Below are positions 36,481-49,600 of a stretch of DNA of 64,000 nucleotides, piece by piece. Below the pieces are notes generated by a model. It was not told the DNA's origin. It made no database searches and saw nothing but the letters and a program-made list of their open reading frames with translations. This DNA comes from a virus (Duplodnaviria > Caudoviricetes). Each line of letters opens with the position of its first letter. Position 1 is the stretch's first letter. The stretch is taken from the IMG/VR virus record IMGVR_UViG_3300028591_000011, positions 1 to 64,000 of that record. One strand, 5' to 3'. Position numbers and translations under genes: made by a program.

Positions 36481-37102
36481 AAATAAGCTCGTAAAGGCCA
36501 TTTGCGGCCTCTCTGTTGGGCTTTTATTGGCTTGGGGTATAAATACAAGCATACAGAATAAAAAGCTGTCAGAAAGCCTAGAAATGGCTTAGAATAACAT
36601 TGAGGCCTATTAGGGTTCCTTAAAGGAATCTTAGTAGGCCAATAATGTTTTAAGGGTGTCATTAGATGAATTGCAAGACCAAAATGATATACTCTTATAT
36701 AGAGTAGATAGTGTTATGAAATAGCATAACATTAAACCAAAACACGTGTATTCTGCTGCAACTCAAACGCAGATGATAGACGTTAGTAATGGTAAGGGGG
36801 TAGGGGGTGATTTAACAGAAATCTTAAAAGACACTGTATACAGTGATACTCTAAAGTATAATGATCTTACCACAATATATTATACTATAGGTAGAGATAC
36901 AGTAAGTATGGATTTAGATATAAAAAACACTCAATACTTGTACCTTTATACAGATAGACAATATAAAAATAAAAAGAGTTTTATAAAAAGACTCTTTACG
37001 TTAGATTTTAAAAAGATCAATAAATATAAATATATATTAGTAAATACTAATGATCTTTTAAAGACTGACGATGTAAGAATAATAGAGATAATAAAGAAGT
37101 AA
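36446..37102 (+). CDS. Putative spanin-like membrane-anchored coiled-coil protein (218 aa)
   Basis: N-terminal TM 'AICGLSVGLLLAWGI', then a coiled coil and a beta-rich C-terminus. Five TAGs. Confidence 0.55.
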
Positions 37103-37103
37103 T

Positions 37104-37835
37104 ATGGCAAAGATTTCTTTAAAAACACTTACCGATGATATACTTCTTCTTGTCAGGAATAATAATATAAGCGAAAGCGAAGACTTCTCTAGAGCATAGA
37201 TACACAGCTGGATAAAGACGTACAAAAATCTTATATGGAAAGAAGAGCGTGATAAAAGAAAGCTCCTAGCTAAGTAGTACGGATTTGATGTTGAAAACAT
37301 TGGCGACGATGAATTCTTAAAGAAGGTAGAGATAGGGCCATTGGAACTAGAGAAAGTAGAATCAAAGACAGATAGACCTACATTTACCAAACGTACGATA
37401 GAGGAGATTCCAGATGTGATGGATAATGACGGTAGCAGTATTCTTTCTATCCACGATCAAGAAGGTGAGAATATACAGTATATGGATCATATGAGGCGTC
37501 ATTACAATTACTGGAGAAAGTATACATTTGGAGAAATGACAGGGTTCTACTCTGATGATAGGCATATATACATACAAGGTACAGCTGATGCAGATTAGCT
37601 TAAGTATATATATGTTTTATACCTGAAAGAAGTTAAAGATGATACTGATGATGGTGAGTCGGATGATAGTAAGGATGAAGACGATATAAAAATACCGGCA
37701 TGGTTAGTACCTTCTATAAAAGAAAGAATAATGAAAAACGAACTTGCTTTCATGCTGAATAGACCGTCAGACGATAGTAATAATGCCACGTTGGCCAGCG
37801 TAAAACCACACGGGCCGCAAGATGATGAGGAATAA
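37104..37835 (+). CDS. Tail/ring structural protein (243 aa)
   Basis: 'DDILLLVRNNNISESEDFSRAQIHSWI...PSDDSNN'. Read through TAG to TAA 37833-37835. Confidence 0.65.
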
Positions 37836-38268
37836 GCAATCCGTAACATTCAGGGATATGTATCGTACAATGCCCGTAGAGGTCGATTACAGGCTCTACA
37901 AGCGCGTTTTAGATGAAATGTGTAAAATTATACTAGATCACGTTTTAATGCGCTCAGAGGGCTTTAAAATGCCTTACGGGCTAGGTTTTATATAGATAGG
38001 TAAATATAGACCAAAGAATTTAAACGACCAGTCTTTATCTGTAGATTATAAAAGCAGTAAAGAATATAACAAACGAATATTTCACTTGAACGAACACTCT
38101 GATGGTTATAAATACAGGCTGTACTGGTCAAAAATACCTCGCACATTCCCAGACAGATACAAGTATTAGTTGCAGCTAGTGAGACAAAACAAACGTAAGC
38201 TAGCGCAACTAATTTTTAATAAACAAGATTATATAGATATAAATGATATACAATTATACAAAGTGTGA
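37822..38268 (+). CDS. IHF/HU-like protein of crAss-like phages (148 aa)
   Basis: Basic protein 'FKMPYGLGFIQIGK...FHLNEHSDGYKYRLYWSK', syntenic before the tail tube gene. Missing from the ORF track because of TAG. Confidence 0.65.
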
Positions 38269-39121
38269 ATCAGTCATAGCAAAGATCATGGCTGATTTAG
38301 ATTCCTCTGAAGTAAAGTAGCGCATAAGCGACATCAGAGAATGGATTTTTGAAGCCGTTGACAAGATTGGTGCTCCTATGTAGTATATCAGTAAAGAATC
38401 CGGCGTAGAAGGCAATCCGATACTTTAGATATAGGACCGTCAAGTTCCAATGCCTTCAGACCTAGTAGTTTTGGACGGTGTTGCTTTTTCATTGACACCA
38501 GAAGGTCCGTGGGTACCTATGAGCACTACTACTGGAATATTCCACGATACAAAAAGACATCATAATCACCCGCACCACCACCCAGAAGCTCCGATGATGT
38601 ATAAATGGCCTACTACACAATCGTAGTTTTATACAATAAATAATATAAAATACATCAACAGGATGTTCGGAAACGGTAAACTTGAAAAACCAGAATATTT
38701 TATAAAACCTGGGTGGATTGTAACAAATCAAAAGAAAGGTTTTATAAAGCTTGCATATAAAGCAATTGCTGTAGATGAAAGAGGATACCCGTTGATACCA
38801 GACCTTACATCATACTAGGAAGCTATATACTGGTATGTAGTAATGAAGCTTACATTCCCTAAGTTCATGTCTGGAAAACTGGGTGGCAATTCTAAATTTT
38901 CACAGAAGTATGCAGCTCAGTCTTACTTCTATACACAACAGCAATGGAATTTTTACAGGAATCAAGCATACGCAGAAGCCATGATGCCTACTGCAGATGA
39001 TATGCAAAATATAAAGAATGATTGGAATAAGCTTATCCCAGACTGGGATGGAGACGATACGTTCTTTAAGAATATAGGAAAAGAAGAAATAACGTATAAC
39101 GATTATAGATATGGGTACTAA
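38243..39121 (+). CDS. Tail tubular protein (P22 gp4-like ring protein, 292 aa)
   Basis: 'EWIFEAVDKIG', 'GFIKLAYKAIAVDERGYPLIPD', 'WNFYRNQAYAEAMMP'. Confidence 0.72.
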
Positions 39122-42100
39122 TGAAAACTTATAGCAGGTAAACACATTCATCAAAGGCATGAACACTGATGTATCTGACATGATGTTGGATTCACAGGCG
39201 TATCGTTATGCGGAAAATTTAAGACTTGTTACAGATTCTAATAGTAACAGTGGAGAGCTTCGAATGATAGAAGGTTTGAAGAATATCCATACTTTTGCCG
39301 ATGGTTATACTCCTGCTTACTTAGATTTTGTTAGAGGTTATCATGTAGCAATATTATACAAAGGGGGTTCGTGGAGAATACAAAGATCTACAGATCAAAC
39401 AAACTGGAAGACTATCTTTGGAGATTGTACAGAAAAGATATGGAATGGAAACAATACACCTCATATATCTGCTGTACTGAATTACGAATCTGATAGCAAT
39501 ATAAAACTTTACTTTGTAGACGATACCGGTAAACATGGTATAATGTCTATAAATATAACCAAAGAGAATCAAGGAAACAATATAAAAACTCTTATCGGGA
39601 ATATAGGAAGAGTACCAGAACCTGCTACTATAAAAGTGTCTACTAAGAATGGGTCCTTAGATTCTCCAAGAGTATAGTATGCATATAGATTATACAACGA
39701 ATTTGGGTCTGCTAGTAATGTATCAATACTAAGCAAATTATTGTCTGTGTTTAAGACTGGCGGAGAAGGTTTTGGTAAGATTAGATCTACTAACAGAGCT
39801 GTAGATATATCTATAAATCATACTATGTCATTCTACAATAAGATAGAGATATATCGCATAGCGTATTATGATTCTGGACAGAAGCCTAGAATATTCTTAA
39901 TAAGAGATATAGACTTTACCGGTAACATTACAATAACAGATATAGGCGAGAACATACACGAAATATCTGTAGAAGAGTTTCTAGCGTTAGACAACACTGA
40001 GATAAACCCTAAGATAATAGAAAACAAGAACAATTATTTGTTTGCTGCAAACCTGTCATATGCTAGAGATCTAGTAGATGAAAAATTCAAAGATTGGGAT
40101 GCTACATCTTGGACTTCTGGATAGACTGTGAAAAAAGATGTATATAATCATAAACAATTTACAGACGGGTATACAGAATACAATGTGAATTGGTGGCGTC
40201 CAAGCGCAGGTAGTAATAAGATCGGTGGTACTGGAAAATACATAGATTGGGAGCTCGTAAAAATAGACAATAAGATATCTAGAATAAAAGATGAAGCGAA
40301 CAAAGATACGTATCATGGATTTAAGCATGATGAGACTTATAGGTTTGGTATAATTCTATATGATGAAGATAAAAGAGCTTCTTCTGTAAAATGGATTGCA
40401 GATATACGTATACCACCAGTTGATCCCGTAGAAGATATAGTTATAGCTAATCATAATACGTGTACATATAAAACGTATGCAGTAAAATTTAATATAAAGA
40501 AGTTACCTGAAGGATGTTCTGGATATGAAATAGTAAGATGCGAAAGAAAAATCGCTGATAAACATACTGTGTTTTAGGGTATTGTTGGTTGTGCAATGGA
40601 TTAGTATACTACAGATGTAACCAACCCGCTTCCTTACTCATTGTTGCATATATTTGGTTTAACTAGTACTACTCAAGCAATAAAAGAGTAGTTTATATAT
40701 CCGTCCGGATTATTTACATTACAGTCAATATTTGCTACGCAAAAAAGTTCTAACGAGGGTAATTATACTAATGAAAAATGGACTACAGCTAATTCTTCTA
40801 ATAAGTATTTATAGTTTGCATGTCCTGAATATTGTTATTTACCTGACGCATCTAAAGATGTGCTAGATACATATAAGTATAATGTAAGATTAGAGTTGTC
40901 ACATACGTTCGATACTTATTAGGAGCCGTATCCTGGTACTGGGTATTGGTACGAAGGTGAAGAGTTGCGTATGTTTACGCACGATAGATCTAAACCTCTG
41001 CCGTATACATGGAATGTTACAGATCACGATACATATAGTGGTACACATGAAGGTATGTATATATACGTAGATCCAGAATTAATGTATAGTAATATACATA
41101 CAAAAGGATATATACAACCTGACTTAGATCAAACCGGTATTAAACCTAATGGTGGGTCTAACGTATATTGTAATTATGGCGTACCTAAACAAATAACAAA
41201 CAACCCACAAAAGCCGTATTATCCTTTTACGAAAAAGGTATCGTTTACTGATATAACAGATATAGCATATTGTACGTCACCAAGATGGGATGAGTTTGCT
41301 AAAGAACGAAAGTATACATATAGGGACACTCCTACTGTAGTAGGTGGAAAATAGTTTATAAACTGGAGTACTCCTCTCATAAACGACAAAGATCTTGATG
41401 GTATGACCAAAGGCTTTGTAGGTTATAACGATGATGGTAATTCTCTAAATTGGGGTGTTCCAACTAATGCTGACCCAAACAGAATGTATTATCCTATAGG
41501 GGCTGGAGGTAGTTGTATACTGTTCGAAATGAAAGATAGAGAACAATATCAATATACTACAGATAAGAACTTAGCACCTATATCTATAGCAAACTTAGTT
41601 AAAGATTGTGTACCGTATGGAGGTCATACTAAAGATGCTATCGAAGCAAGTGTATACTATTCTTATGGGGACTATAAAAACACTATCGGAACAATAGAAG
41701 TTAAATCTGGAGACTGTTATCCTGGTATATTCGTATATAATGCTGCGCACCTATGGAACGATGCTTTATTTATATGTGCATGTAAGATGTCTACAATATA
41801 TGCAGTACCTATAGAAGCTGATATAGATTTAAACGCTTAGAGTGGATATCAATACCATTCTGATAGAGATCTTGACTTCTGTATACAAGATGAGGCTGCA
41901 TCTGTATCTGGATTTAACTATGTACAGGAGCTTGGTTCATACATATATAACAACGTATATCATGTACAGCCTACTGTGAAATCATTCACATACGAAAAGC
42001 TGGTAGATAGTAACTACGATACTAGAGTGCATAACTCAGACGTAAAGAGTAAGAATGAGACTATAGACAACTGGCTTAGGTATCAACCTATAAATTATAT

Positions 42101-43019
42101 AGATTGTGATTCTAAATACGGTTAGATAACCCAAATAGATAACTACAAAGATACACTTTTATTCTGGCAGGATAAGGCTACTGGTATAATAAGTTCTAAT
42201 GAGCGTAATATTATACAAAATACAGACGGTGTAAACCTTATACTTGGCAACGGCGATGTGCTGCAAAGATACGATTATATCACTACTATATACGGAATGA
42301 AGTATGGGTAGTTTGCTAATGCCCAATCTGATAATTCAGAATACTGGTGGGATAGTGTAAACAAGGAGATTTTACAGTATACTAAAGGTAGTTTTCCAAC
42401 TCCAATATCTACTACAAAGGGGGTTAAAACTTACGTGCAATACAATAATGAGAGTTAGAAACCTCATGTGATGTACGACAATAAATATAAAGAAGTTGTA
42501 TTTAACGTTGTTAACGATAATAGTATATCGTACACAGAACAACTTCAGGCTTTCCAGTCTGTATATACATATCCAGTAAACTTTAGTACTCATACGGACA
42601 ATAATGATTTAGTCGTTATAGATAAATAGCTGTTCATAAATGATACTAATGCTGAAGTCGGAAAAGCGGTAGGAATAACACAGCTGTTACCAAAACTCAA
42701 GTATGTAGTAAACAAGAGTACTACAATGAATAAAGTATTCGATATACAAACGTTTGGTGGCAGGTTGTATGGAGGTGATAATTTGAAGAGTTTGATATTG
42801 AAATATGATACGCCACTCAAACAACACGGAGAGACTAAAGGAAGCAATATAACAAATATCGAATACGATTTTAGAGTTGCTGTACCCAGACATAACAACT
42901 CTGAGTATGGAGACAGGCTTAGAGGTAAAACAATGCAATGTGAATTGAGTTCTACAAATAACTCCACTGATTTCTCATTGCAGTATATAATTACAAAATA
43001 TAGAATATCATGGAGTTAA
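39111..43019 (+). CDS. Tail stabilisation/muzzle protein (P22 gp10-like, ~1302 aa)
   Basis: 'NTFIKGMNTD...YRYAENLR', 'ETYRFGIILYD', C-terminal 'RLRGK'. Six same-frame track ORFs joined via TAG. Confidence 0.78.
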
Positions 43020-44668
43020 GAGATAGAAAGTTTATATAGAACAACAAAAAGGAGCTCGCAGAATTTGTAAACGGAACACCTCCTTATATGCAATGGAGAC
43101 GTTCTGAACAGTTTACACCGAACGGTGTTGTTGGAGATATTATAAAAGATAACGACACTTATTTGGATTTGCAACCACTAGACGGAATTTCCGTAAGCGG
43201 ATCGTCTGCAGATGGACCTAATATTCCAGACACTTTACCAGATATTAGAACCGAAGAGAAAGATAAAAAGTCTATTGGAAAGAAAGAAAAGTCTGATATT
43301 TCTCCAAATATAGGTTCTGCTATTGCTGGTGGTATTGGCGCTATAGGTAATATTTATAATAACTATGCTTCTAGTCTAAGAAGTATAGATGACTATCTAA
43401 AAGGTGGATATAAAAATGGAAAGCTGCCTAGATATGCTAATGGCGTATATGGACCAGATATGTCAAAAGTAAACAAAGAAATAGAAGGTAACACGTTAAA
43501 TTCTACACTTAGCGGAGTTGCCAGTGGAGCTAGTGCTGGAGCAGTATTAGGACCTTGGGGTGCAGCTATAGGTGGTGTAGTAGGTGGAATAGGTGGAGCC
43601 GTATCTGGTATAATAAGTGGAAATAAGAACAAACAAGCAGCCCTTGATGCTAGAGCTATGGCTGGTAGCATAAATAACTACGACAGAAACGTTGACTTAT
43701 CTAACTATTTGAACGAATAGTATTTACTTGAAAATGGTAATACCAAGTCGCAGAGTTTTGCACATGGAAAGCCGGTGTATAACGGCTGGGGTATGACAAA
43801 TATGTTACCTGCTACTGGATAGGTATCTAGTGGAGAAACGTTAGTAGAACCAGACGGATCTTCTTATGTTATTCCAGGCAAACCCGACTTTAAAGATGGA
43901 AAACGTGCATATGTCGGACGTGAAACAGCGGTATTGTCTAATCATGGAGCATCGTAGTATTATCAGTTAACAGGAGATTTAGACGGGGCATTAGATCTCG
44001 ACAAACAGCATAGGTATTCTAAAGGTTTGAATTATAAAAACGGAAAATTACCTAGATTTAAAGAAGGATGGTGGAGAGCATTTGTTCCAAATGCTTTAAG
44101 TGGTATAGCAAGCATAGGGCAAATGATATAGGCAGGCAGCCAAACTCCTTACAGAACTAATACGTACGAGCCAAATAGGTTGGCTAATCGCGCATTAAGT
44201 ACGCTTGCAGGTCTTAGAGTCAATCCTTATAATATTTATCCGACTATATGGGATGCATACGGACGTGCTACATCATCTATAGATAGATCTGGAGGACTTA
44301 GCTCTGGATAGAGAGCCGCTGCTAAAATAGCCGCAATGTCTCAGACTCAAGGTAATATTGCTAATATGCTTACACAACATCAAGTTCAGAATAACGCATA
44401 TAAAGCAAATTGGGCGCAGCAAGCATTGTCTGCAGGGGCACACGATGCACAGAATAGAATGGCTGCTAACCAATTTGATGAGAATTATTTCGCTAAATCT
44501 CATGCATCTAGACAGCAAGGCTTACAAATGGGTCTTTACAATCTTATTAATTCTGTACAGAACTATTATGCTAACGACTTTAAACGTAGACAGTTTAATG
44601 ATACTATGGATTTGTATAGAAGTCAAAACTAGTTGGATTGGAATAAATATTATAAATCGTTAGGTTGA
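43010..44668 (+). CDS. Ejected cargo protein with a glycine-zipper TM region (552 aa)
   Basis: 'GVASGASAGAVLGPWGAAIGGVVGGIGG' and repeated YKNGKLP motifs. Ends TGA 44666-44668. Confidence 0.68.
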
Positions 44669-44670
44669 TT

Positions 44671-46617
44671 ATGGTATACGCAAATGATCAATGGGTATAG
44701 CTCCCAGTGAGGGATCTATATGACTCGCAGATTATGGCTATGGCTATAAACGCTGCGAAGGATATGTATGAAAAAGGACTTCAGGAAATGAAGGACTTTA
44801 ATAAGGAGTATGGAGATTTTATGACGCCTATAGCTGCAGATTAGGATTGGTATAATAAGAACGTTACAGGTAGAGTAAGGAATGTTGTAAATGCCATATA
44901 TGCAGCTGGTGGAGATCCACTTAGAGATCCATAGGCAAGAGCAATGATTAGTAGAGAGTTAGCAGGACTACCATACGGAGATATAGCTATGATTAAAACT
45001 AGCGCAGAAAATGCTAGAGAGTATTTGAAAGCAAGACGATAGCTAGAAATGGCAGGGTTGTATAATCCACTTTACGCTAAATATGATGGTCCAGATTTAT
45101 CTACCTATGCGACTGTTGGGGAAAACGGACAAGGTATATGGGATAAAATGAGTCCTACTCCGTTTAACAACATATCTGCGTTTTCTAAAGATTATTTTGA
45201 AGGTTTAAAACCAAATATACGTACAGAATCTAGGAACGGAATAACTTATCAAGTTAAAGAAATCTCGGAAAACGATTTACGTAAAATTGCAGAAGATAAG
45301 TTTAATGAACTTAAGAATACACCTTAGGGATCTTTAATGTATGCTAGATATTTGGATATCACGGGTGATGAAGATGCTGCAAGACAGATGTTTAACGATG
45401 CCATAGTTAATGCAAATTTGCGTAGGACATATCGTGAAGATAACTATGATGACAACTATCTGGAAATGGAGAAGCTTAAAATGTAGCAAGATATGAATCA
45501 ATGGAAGAAACAAGTAGATTCTGCTACACTTGAATTGCAACGTCAAGCTTTACAATTAAAAGCTCTTACAGGAACAGGTAGTGGTAAAAAAGGTACTGGT
45601 ACATCTGGATTAGGGTATGATTATGAAGATTATTTTAACGAAGATGAATGGTAGCTTGCGAATAATTTAGGTGCAGCGATGGCTTCTACGGATGTTGGTA
45701 AAAGTAACGGAATATTAGATTATACGGATTTCGACCCGTTGAGTCAAGGGGCCCTGTGGCCGCAAGCATATGAAGAAATTATAGATAGAAATTACGGAAA
45801 TATTCTATCTAAGAATACTACAATTAATCGTAGTGAAAATTCTGATTATATAGCACCCTCTGATAATAAGTTAGGTTTGTCTACAGATCGTATAAATATT
45901 GGCATTACACCTGGATACGGATATAGCGATATCTCCGAAGGAATTACAGGAAAGTTCTCTTTACCGTACTCTTTTGACAAGAAGATATTTGGCGGAAAAC
46001 GTCTCAGTAAAAGTTAGCTTAGCGAAATTAGAGTTGCAAATTAGAACTTTATCAATGATATATCGTAGTCATACGATCCTGCCAAGTTTGCAAAATGGTG
46101 CAATCGTAGTACAGTATCGGGAGATGATACAATGATGAATGTTTGTAACGATGACGACTTTATAAATAGAACGCACCATACTGATGAAACAACCGCGAAT
46201 AGTTATGGTATAGGATACAGTCAGGATTAGATAGATCAAATGAAAGAATATACCGATTCGAGGAGAAAAATACTTAATAAAAATAGAGAAAATTTATACG
46301 CGAAAGGCGTAGGAAAAATATATTCTATATTAGGAGTAGACGGTGTAACTCATCTGTACGTACCAGTAAAATTTTATAAAAAGACTGGAAGAGGATCTAA
46401 TGTAAGATACGAAGAACTTCCTGGTGGAATAAGTGCCTTTGATATGGGAATTTCTACTAGAGAAAATCCTAACTTTGGAATCAATGGACAAGCGGTGTCT
46501 AATTTATATATGAATCCAAATTCTGACTCAGACGTACGTCTTGGAGGAAACATACACGCCGGAAAGTATTTGGGGTTATAGAACCCTAGTATAAAGATGA
46601 ATACAGCAATACCATAA
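44671..46617 (+). CDS. Putative cargo protein (648 aa)
   Basis: ORFs 45049, 45679 and 46240 are in one frame via TAG. Lies between the cargo gene and the RNAP gene. Confidence 0.65.
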
Positions 46618-46628
46618 AATAAAACAAT

Positions 46629-49600
46629 ATGAGAAAGTTAAAAAATCCAAGTGCAGGTTCATTAACGCCCAATGATATAAATGTTGGGCGTTATATGTAT
46701 CAAAAAGATTTAGAAAGATACAATGACGTAAATGGACCTACGTAGACATATTTACAAGAACATCCAGATTTCCAACAAGTAAAAAGCACCCTTGGAACGT
46801 CTGATATGTTCAACACCTACGAGAACGCCCCCACATTGGATGACGACAGTGGTATTTTAGATTATACTCTAAACGCCCTAGATTACGTAACAGGTATGTC
46901 GTCTAAAGCCAAATTATTGAAAAACGGACTTAATTATTTTGGTAAAAGGTGGGTTGATGATTCATACAATGCAGATCTTGCCGATTTATACGACATAAAT
47001 ACAGATTAGAAAGATCTAGAATTCGTTTAGGATTATTTAAAACTAAAATAGGAATTATATCAAATACAATCCGAATTAAGAGATAATAAAAACGCAGATG
47101 CCGATCGTTTGTCAGATAGGTACGAAGAAATAGTTTCTAAAATAAAAGAATACGATGACTATTTTATGGGAGAGGGCAGAAGCCATAAAGTCGTTTAGGA
47201 ACTTATGTACGACGCTGATAATATGAATGCAGCAGATGTTGTTGGATCGTGGAACAAAAGTACTAGAAGAGCTTCAAAACAAATTTAGGATTTTATAGAT
47301 TCTACTGGATACAATGGTCCGATACTGAATAAAGCTGCAAAAACTATCGGTACCGGTGTTGCGTCTATTGTAGGACACTTAACTGATTTAGTAGACCACG
47401 CCACTGCGTTTGGACATGCTTTGTCTGAAGGAGATTGGCTTCATGGTGACAGTGGGATATCTCAATATACAGAGTATATAAAAAACAAATACGTAGAATC
47501 TCTAGATAAGAGTAATCCTGCTGATTTAGATGCAATAAGAAGATTGTACAAAGGTATACAAGAAACAGACGCATATAAATCACCGATAGACTCTGAAAAA
47601 ATAAAAAACTGGAAGAGTTATAATGAAGACCTGATACGCGAAAAAGTAATAGATATAGATGACGATATTAACGATATGATCAATGGTACAATATGGGGGA
47701 TAAAAGGTGTGTTTGACCCAAATATATCAAAAGATTATATCGCAGAGCAAGAAGAATGGATGGCAAAACCTCTATGGAGGTAGGCGTTGAGCCCAATAAA
47801 CACGTTCCTATATTCTATACCAGAAATCGCATCTACTGTAGGTTTATTTAAATATTAGCTCGGAGCTATAGGGTATGACGTAGCTGTAACAAAAGGTCTT
47901 GGTCTGTTAGCTAGAAGACATCCTTGGTTGGCAACTGCACAAGCAGTAGCGTAGATTCCAAACTATGTACTTCCTGTTGCAGCAGCGGAGTTATCCAGAG
48001 AAGAAGAGACTGCTCTAGAAAAAATAGAAGGTGTGACCAACAGGGTGATTCAAAATTCACTAGAAGGAAACAGAAATCTGCCAGATATTTTAAATATATT
48101 AAAAAGTAAATTAAAGAGTATTGGGTATAATGTAGACGCTCTGGATGAACAGCAACTTCTTAAATTGGGTATAGCACATGACATCCAAACCGGAGATCCT
48201 GCGTTTGAAAAAGAAAAACGAGAAGCTAGAAAAGGTATAAATACTCTTATAGGAGCAAATAACGCACTGGCTGCGCACGATTATCTTCAATCTCTGGCTT
48301 TCATGTCTTACGGTGGTAGTGCGTTAAATAAATTTGTAAAACATGCTGGAGAATAGATAGCAGATACAAAACTTGGAACTCTTTTGTCTGCAGTAAAAAG
48401 AAACACTGTTGGAAAAGTCGCAAGCAAGTTCTTTAATGATGATTTACCTAAAGGATTTTTGCATAAAAAACATTTGGGAGATTGGCTGATAAAAAGATAG
48501 GCTTTGCTGCTTGGAGAAGGTATAACAGAAGGTGGTGAGGAAGTTGTACAGGAAATACTTTAGAGTAGGTATCAAAGAGGTCTGTACGACGATGTTAATT
48601 CAGACAAATCTATGATACCTGTAGATGGTATTTTTAGAGCCGTAAAACTTGCTGGAGAAGCTATTCCAGACTATCTTGGTCTTCATTCTTGGGATCCAGA
48701 ATTGTCGACAGATAATATCTAGCGTGCGTTTAATGTTGGATTCTTATCGTCAATGTATTTCTCCGGTGCTCTTCGTGGAGCATCTAACATATGGACTGCA
48801 GACAACGAAAACTTGCGTGGAGTTGTGTCGCAAATGAAGAGCGATAATGTCATATCTAGACTTGTAGGTGAATACTATAATCAAGTACAGGATCAATAGC
48901 ATATGAGTCTTTTTTACGACGCAATGCAAAAGTTTGGTGTAAATTATCAAAGACTTTCGCAAGCATTACGCGATCTTAAAGGCAAGTAGTTTTCTTAGAA
49001 TAAAGATATAACTGACGAAGCTATAGATAACGACCTGTTGATGTTGCGAAATATGAATTTCGCGATGACTTCTGATACGTTTAATGAGAATTTTAAAGAA
49101 GAGGGCATCAATAGAAAAGATCCTAGATATAAGTAGTACGTAATAGACGCTGCAAAAAAATTGACAGATTTGGATAAATCTGAAGAAACTGTTTCTGAAA
49201 GACGTCTTAGATTGGGTTAGATGGAGGAGTCTAGGAATAATATAGCTAGACAGATATACGATCTAATAGAGGCTAGACAAAAGGAAGAATAGGACGGTAT
49301 AGCTGGAACTGTAGCATCAGAAACATAGGAATATGAAAATCTAAAGAAACAGTTTCCAAAACTTTTTGAAATGGTTCAGTATTTTTCTAGAAAATTTGAT
49401 GTTAGAGGAGAATCATCAATAAAAGGTTCTAGAAAACAAAGGTTAGATAAAGCAATTTCGTTCTTTACTGAAATATCAAAAGATGAAGATAAAACTATAT
49501 TAGTAGATGCTATTGCGGATGAACTTGGATATACCCCCGAAATTACAGAAGTGATGGAGCTTCGTAAGAACAATGATCCAATTATAAAAAGGGCCATTCG

